A DNA stretch of 64,000 nt from Eledone cirrhosa (taxonomy: Eukaryota), in NCBI GenBank assembly GCA_964016885.1, contig OZ024751.1, positions 36,456,001 through 36,520,000 of the forward strand, in the 5' to 3' direction. Under the pieces are notes generated by a model. The model was given only the letters and a program-made list of their open reading frames with translations, was not told the origin of the DNA and ran no database searches. This document shows, piece after piece, positions 59,778-64,000 of this stretch (positions are counted from its first letter, which is position 1; each line of letters opens with the position of its first letter). Both the position numbers and the translations under genes were made by a program.

Positions 59778-59834
59778 ATATATATTTATATATATATATA
59801 TATATGCATGTATATATATATAAATATATGTATG

Positions 59835-59879
<45 letters not shown>

Positions 59880-60177
59880 ATGCATATATATATGTGTGTG
59901 TGTGTTTTGGGGAGGGAAGAGTAATAACTATGATAGGTGAACGAATGTAGAGTGACTAGGGTGTTTAGGTTTGCCGAATGAAACCCGTACTATTTTCTGT
60001 CCATTCTTTGTTTTTTTTTGTCGTCATATATACATCTTACCAACACAGAGATTCCCGAAGCTGGCATTATAGGAGTAATACTATTTTAATGCAAAAAATT
60101 GCGCGCCATAAAGGTGGCTGACAAGGTACAGCTACAGTTATCGATTCATGTTATGTAACTTTTATGAGCATTTTCTG

Positions 60178-60219
<42 letters not shown>

Positions 60220-60640
60220 AATATATAATACCACATATACATATATATATATATATATATCATATGGGCATGACGGGAAGGTCTTTGTGTGATATAATAT
60301 TATCTCTGTTTTAATTGTAATTTAAAGAATATTCTGTTAGTGTAACATATTCTGGATGAGTAACATCAAGACTAACAGAAACTGAATATATTTCACCGTT
60401 TCCGATTCGGTTTTTGATATTACTTCTGAATGTTTTCGGCGTGATAGTATATTGGAAAATATCTTGATCATCGTTCGACATAAAGAAGCGATATTTCATG
60501 CATTAATTATAATGAATCCAAGTAAGTTATTATTTTCCAAAGCACCGTAATAAGTGCGTTATTCCCAGAATTTGGTAGTTCATAATTAAGTGTACGCATA
60601 ATACACGATTGGATAGAGTATTTATCATATATATATATAT

Positions 60641-60721
<81 letters not shown>

Positions 60722-60723
<2 letters not shown>

Positions 60724-61082
60724 AAAAAGAAAAAAAGATGAAATCGAAAATGCAACTGGAGTCTTATTTTTAAAAACATATATATATTTATTTGGTTCCT
60801 TTACCGGTTTCGCTGTTCTTCTGCTTTTCAAAAGTAGAGTTGAGATGGAGGGTCTGTGGATTTTCTCAGAGTTGAGATGTGAGAAAAACCACAGACCCTC
60901 CATCTCAACTCTAGTTTTGAAAAGCAGAAGAACTGCGAAACCGGTAAAGGAACCAAATAAATATATATATATATCTTTTTAAATAAGACTCCAGTTACAT
61001 TTTCGATTTCATCTTTTTTTCATTATACTTTCACTCGTGTAGGACACCTCGGTTATTTTTCACTTTGTAAAAAAAAACCCAC

Positions 61083-61090
<8 letters not shown>
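60722..61090. mobile_element. Family D hairpin element, second copy
   Basis: Homologous to 26066-26420; arms centred near 60875; flanked by (TA)(GA) and (TA). Confidence 0.85.
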
Positions 61091-61121
<31 letters not shown>

Positions 61122-61188
61122 CATATAGATATTATATATATATATATATATATACGTATAGATATTATATATATATATATACGTATAG

Positions 61189-61234
<46 letters not shown>

Positions 61235-61630
61235 TCTATATAATATATATATATATACATACTAATAATACACTTGTACGGCTACAACATATAACAAACA
61301 TATACAATTATACTACCAATATGTAATCTAAATAATAGTAAAAACTTTAAAGAAGAATAAAATAAACACAGCAACTCATTTTAATGCAAAGGATTTACTC
61401 TTTTTCTTTTATTATTGTTATTATTATTATTGATGTTTGTTCTTGCAATTATTATCTCTCATTATTGACGTGGAAGCACTCTTGGCCTCCTCTTCTCTCA
61501 CTTCCTCTCTCTCTCTCTTTCATGCAGTATATATATAATATATACATATACATATATATACGTATATTATTTATATATATAATATAATATATATGTAGAT
61601 ATATATATATATATAATATAATATATATGT

Positions 61631-61679
<49 letters not shown>

Positions 61680-61690
61680 CACACACACAC

Positions 61691-61721
<31 letters not shown>

Positions 61722-62382
61722 CATACATATATATACATATACATATATTTTGATATATATAGTTTTCACGTATATTTACATTTTCAGTGTATTATAACTT
61801 CGTTTCCATATTGTTTTCTTTTTCTTCTTTTAGATAATACAGAAAGGATAAAAGTCTTTTCTTTCTTCGATACCATACTCATCATCATCATCATCATCTT
61901 CATCTTCGTTATTATATTTGTGAACATTATTACTATCACTGCCACCACCAACACCAACACCAACACCACCACGGATCTTAAATTCTCAACATTAATATTA
62001 TTATTATTTTTCGTATATTTTTATTTTATTTTTTCATTATTATTATTATCATTATTATTATTATTATTATTATTAATTTTCTTTTCGTTTATTTGCTTGA
62101 CACCATCGAGTTGGTTCTGAAATACAGGAAAAAACAACAACAAAACAAACTGGAATGAAACCCTGCTAGTAGAATGGTAGTCCATACCTAGAATCCTGAG
62201 TAGCGAATTTGGACATGGCTCACAGAACTTAATATCACGTTATGTTTGTTTGTTGGCTTGATATTCTTTCTGTTGTGTTTCTTCTTAGATTAGATTCAGA
62301 TGATTTTTTTCGTTTTTTTTTTAAATAATTCACATTTTGGAATAAGAAGTGGAGCAGAGCTGAGAATTACTAATAATCCAAT

Positions 62383-62450
<68 letters not shown>

Positions 62451-62480
62451 GTATATATATATACATATATATATATACAT

Positions 62481-62520
<40 letters not shown>

Positions 62521-62574
62521 ATATATATATATTGCGTGTACATATATATATATATATATATCTTATATATAAGT

Positions 62575-62608
<34 letters not shown>

Positions 62609-62716
62609 CATATATATATAATATATATATATATGTATATATATGTATATATACATATATATATAATATATATATATATGTATATATATGTATATATATA
62701 TATAAATATATATATG

Positions 62717-62758
<42 letters not shown>

Positions 62759-62857
62759 TATGTAATATACGATATTAACATTTTAAAAATATTTTTTGTT
62801 AATAGTTAATATGTGATTTACCATCTCTTGACAATGCTAATGTTCAGTTTCACTAAC

Positions 62858-62888
<31 letters not shown>

Positions 62889-63061
62889 CATACATATATA
62901 TAAACATATATATACATATATATATACACAAGCACATATATATACTTTTATATATATATATGCATATATATAAAAATACAAATATATTTTTATATACATA
63001 TTTATGCAAAATATGTATATATATGCCTATAAATATATAATGTGTGTATAAATATATTGTA

Positions 63062-63094
<33 letters not shown>

Positions 63095-63514
63095 CATAAA
63101 TATATAGACACATCCACTCAAGTGTCACAGACTCATTTGCATATATAAAAATTGTGAACATTTCCATGAATAATAATTTCATAAAATGTCTTTTATTATT
63201 ATTATTGATTTTGTTTTCGTTACACTTTGCATTTAATGGTTGTTTATTTTATTTGTTTTAAATTTTTTTTTTTTTTTTCTTTTTACAATTATCATTTAAA
63301 TTTCATTTAGAAATAATAATATTAAACTGTATTCCATCAGACAGCTAAATTATAATTAAGAATCATAATAAAAATAATTAAAAGTCCATATTAACAAAGG
63401 GCAGATAACCAGTGCAAGTATAACAAGAAGCAGATTTTTTAAAAATCTGTGTTTATTAAGCCCGAGGCCGTCATTTTGATTTTGTATTTTATTATTTTTT
63501 TTAAGTAAATGGGT

Positions 63515-63635
63515 TTTTAGTCGACTGAACCAACCACAGTGTATTACTGGTATTTTATATTATCGACTTTCCCTGAAGGGTTGTGAAAATATAAGTCAAC
63601 ACTACCCTGGCAGGATTATGAACTCAGAACAGTGA
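63515..63635 (-). mobile_element. Degraded type-1 SINE
   Basis: agtcgact..cagtgtattactggtattttatattatcgac..agtcaac..tgaactcagaac. Confidence 0.6.
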
Positions 63636-64000
63636 GATAAGAGGGGTAGATGCATTAAACCTTCGTTATTCTGTATATATCCCATTGTTCTTGAAACAAG
63701 CTTCGTAAATCAGTTTTAATGCCAATTCTTTTTTTACTCTTCATATTATCATTATTATTACTATTATAACCATCATTACATTATTATTATTATTATTCAT
63801 TTCCCGACCCAATACTGTGTACATAGATTTTTTTTTACCGGGAACGGTAAAGTGAAAATATTTAAAAAAAATAATTAAAAAAACAAAAAGAAAAAAAAAA
63901 AATCACGTGCACTCTCCCAAACATTCATGGTGAAAAAATATCCTGACTACACCCAAAATTATTTGCTTGTTTATTGGAATGGTGCAAAAACCTAATCCAC

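Overview
AT-rich, gene-poor eukaryotic DNA saturated with (TA)n, (CA)n, (GA)n, (TATC)n and compound trinucleotide repeats. The repeat landscape and SINE types suggest an octopus/coleoid cephalopod (inference). Nearly all listed ORFs are microsatellite artefacts. Real content: (1) a Tx1/L1-clade LINE with intact ORF2 (27646-31083) and three more 5'-truncated relatives, all four in (TATC)n tracts in the same orientation; (2) RTE LINE fragments; (3) many tRNA-derived SINEs of two types; (4) at least six families of 150-450 bp non-coding elements inside (TA)n tracts, most forming long inverted repeats. Several of these, plus some solo inserts, carry type-I hammerhead ribozyme (HHR) motifs with palindromic stem III, the known signature of Penelope-like element (PLE) pseudo-LTRs. 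Unusual variants occur: C3U core, UUGAAAA core, very long stem II and a nested double core. One plausible host exon (15369-15521). All RNA folds were done by eye and none is experimentally or computationally confirmed.
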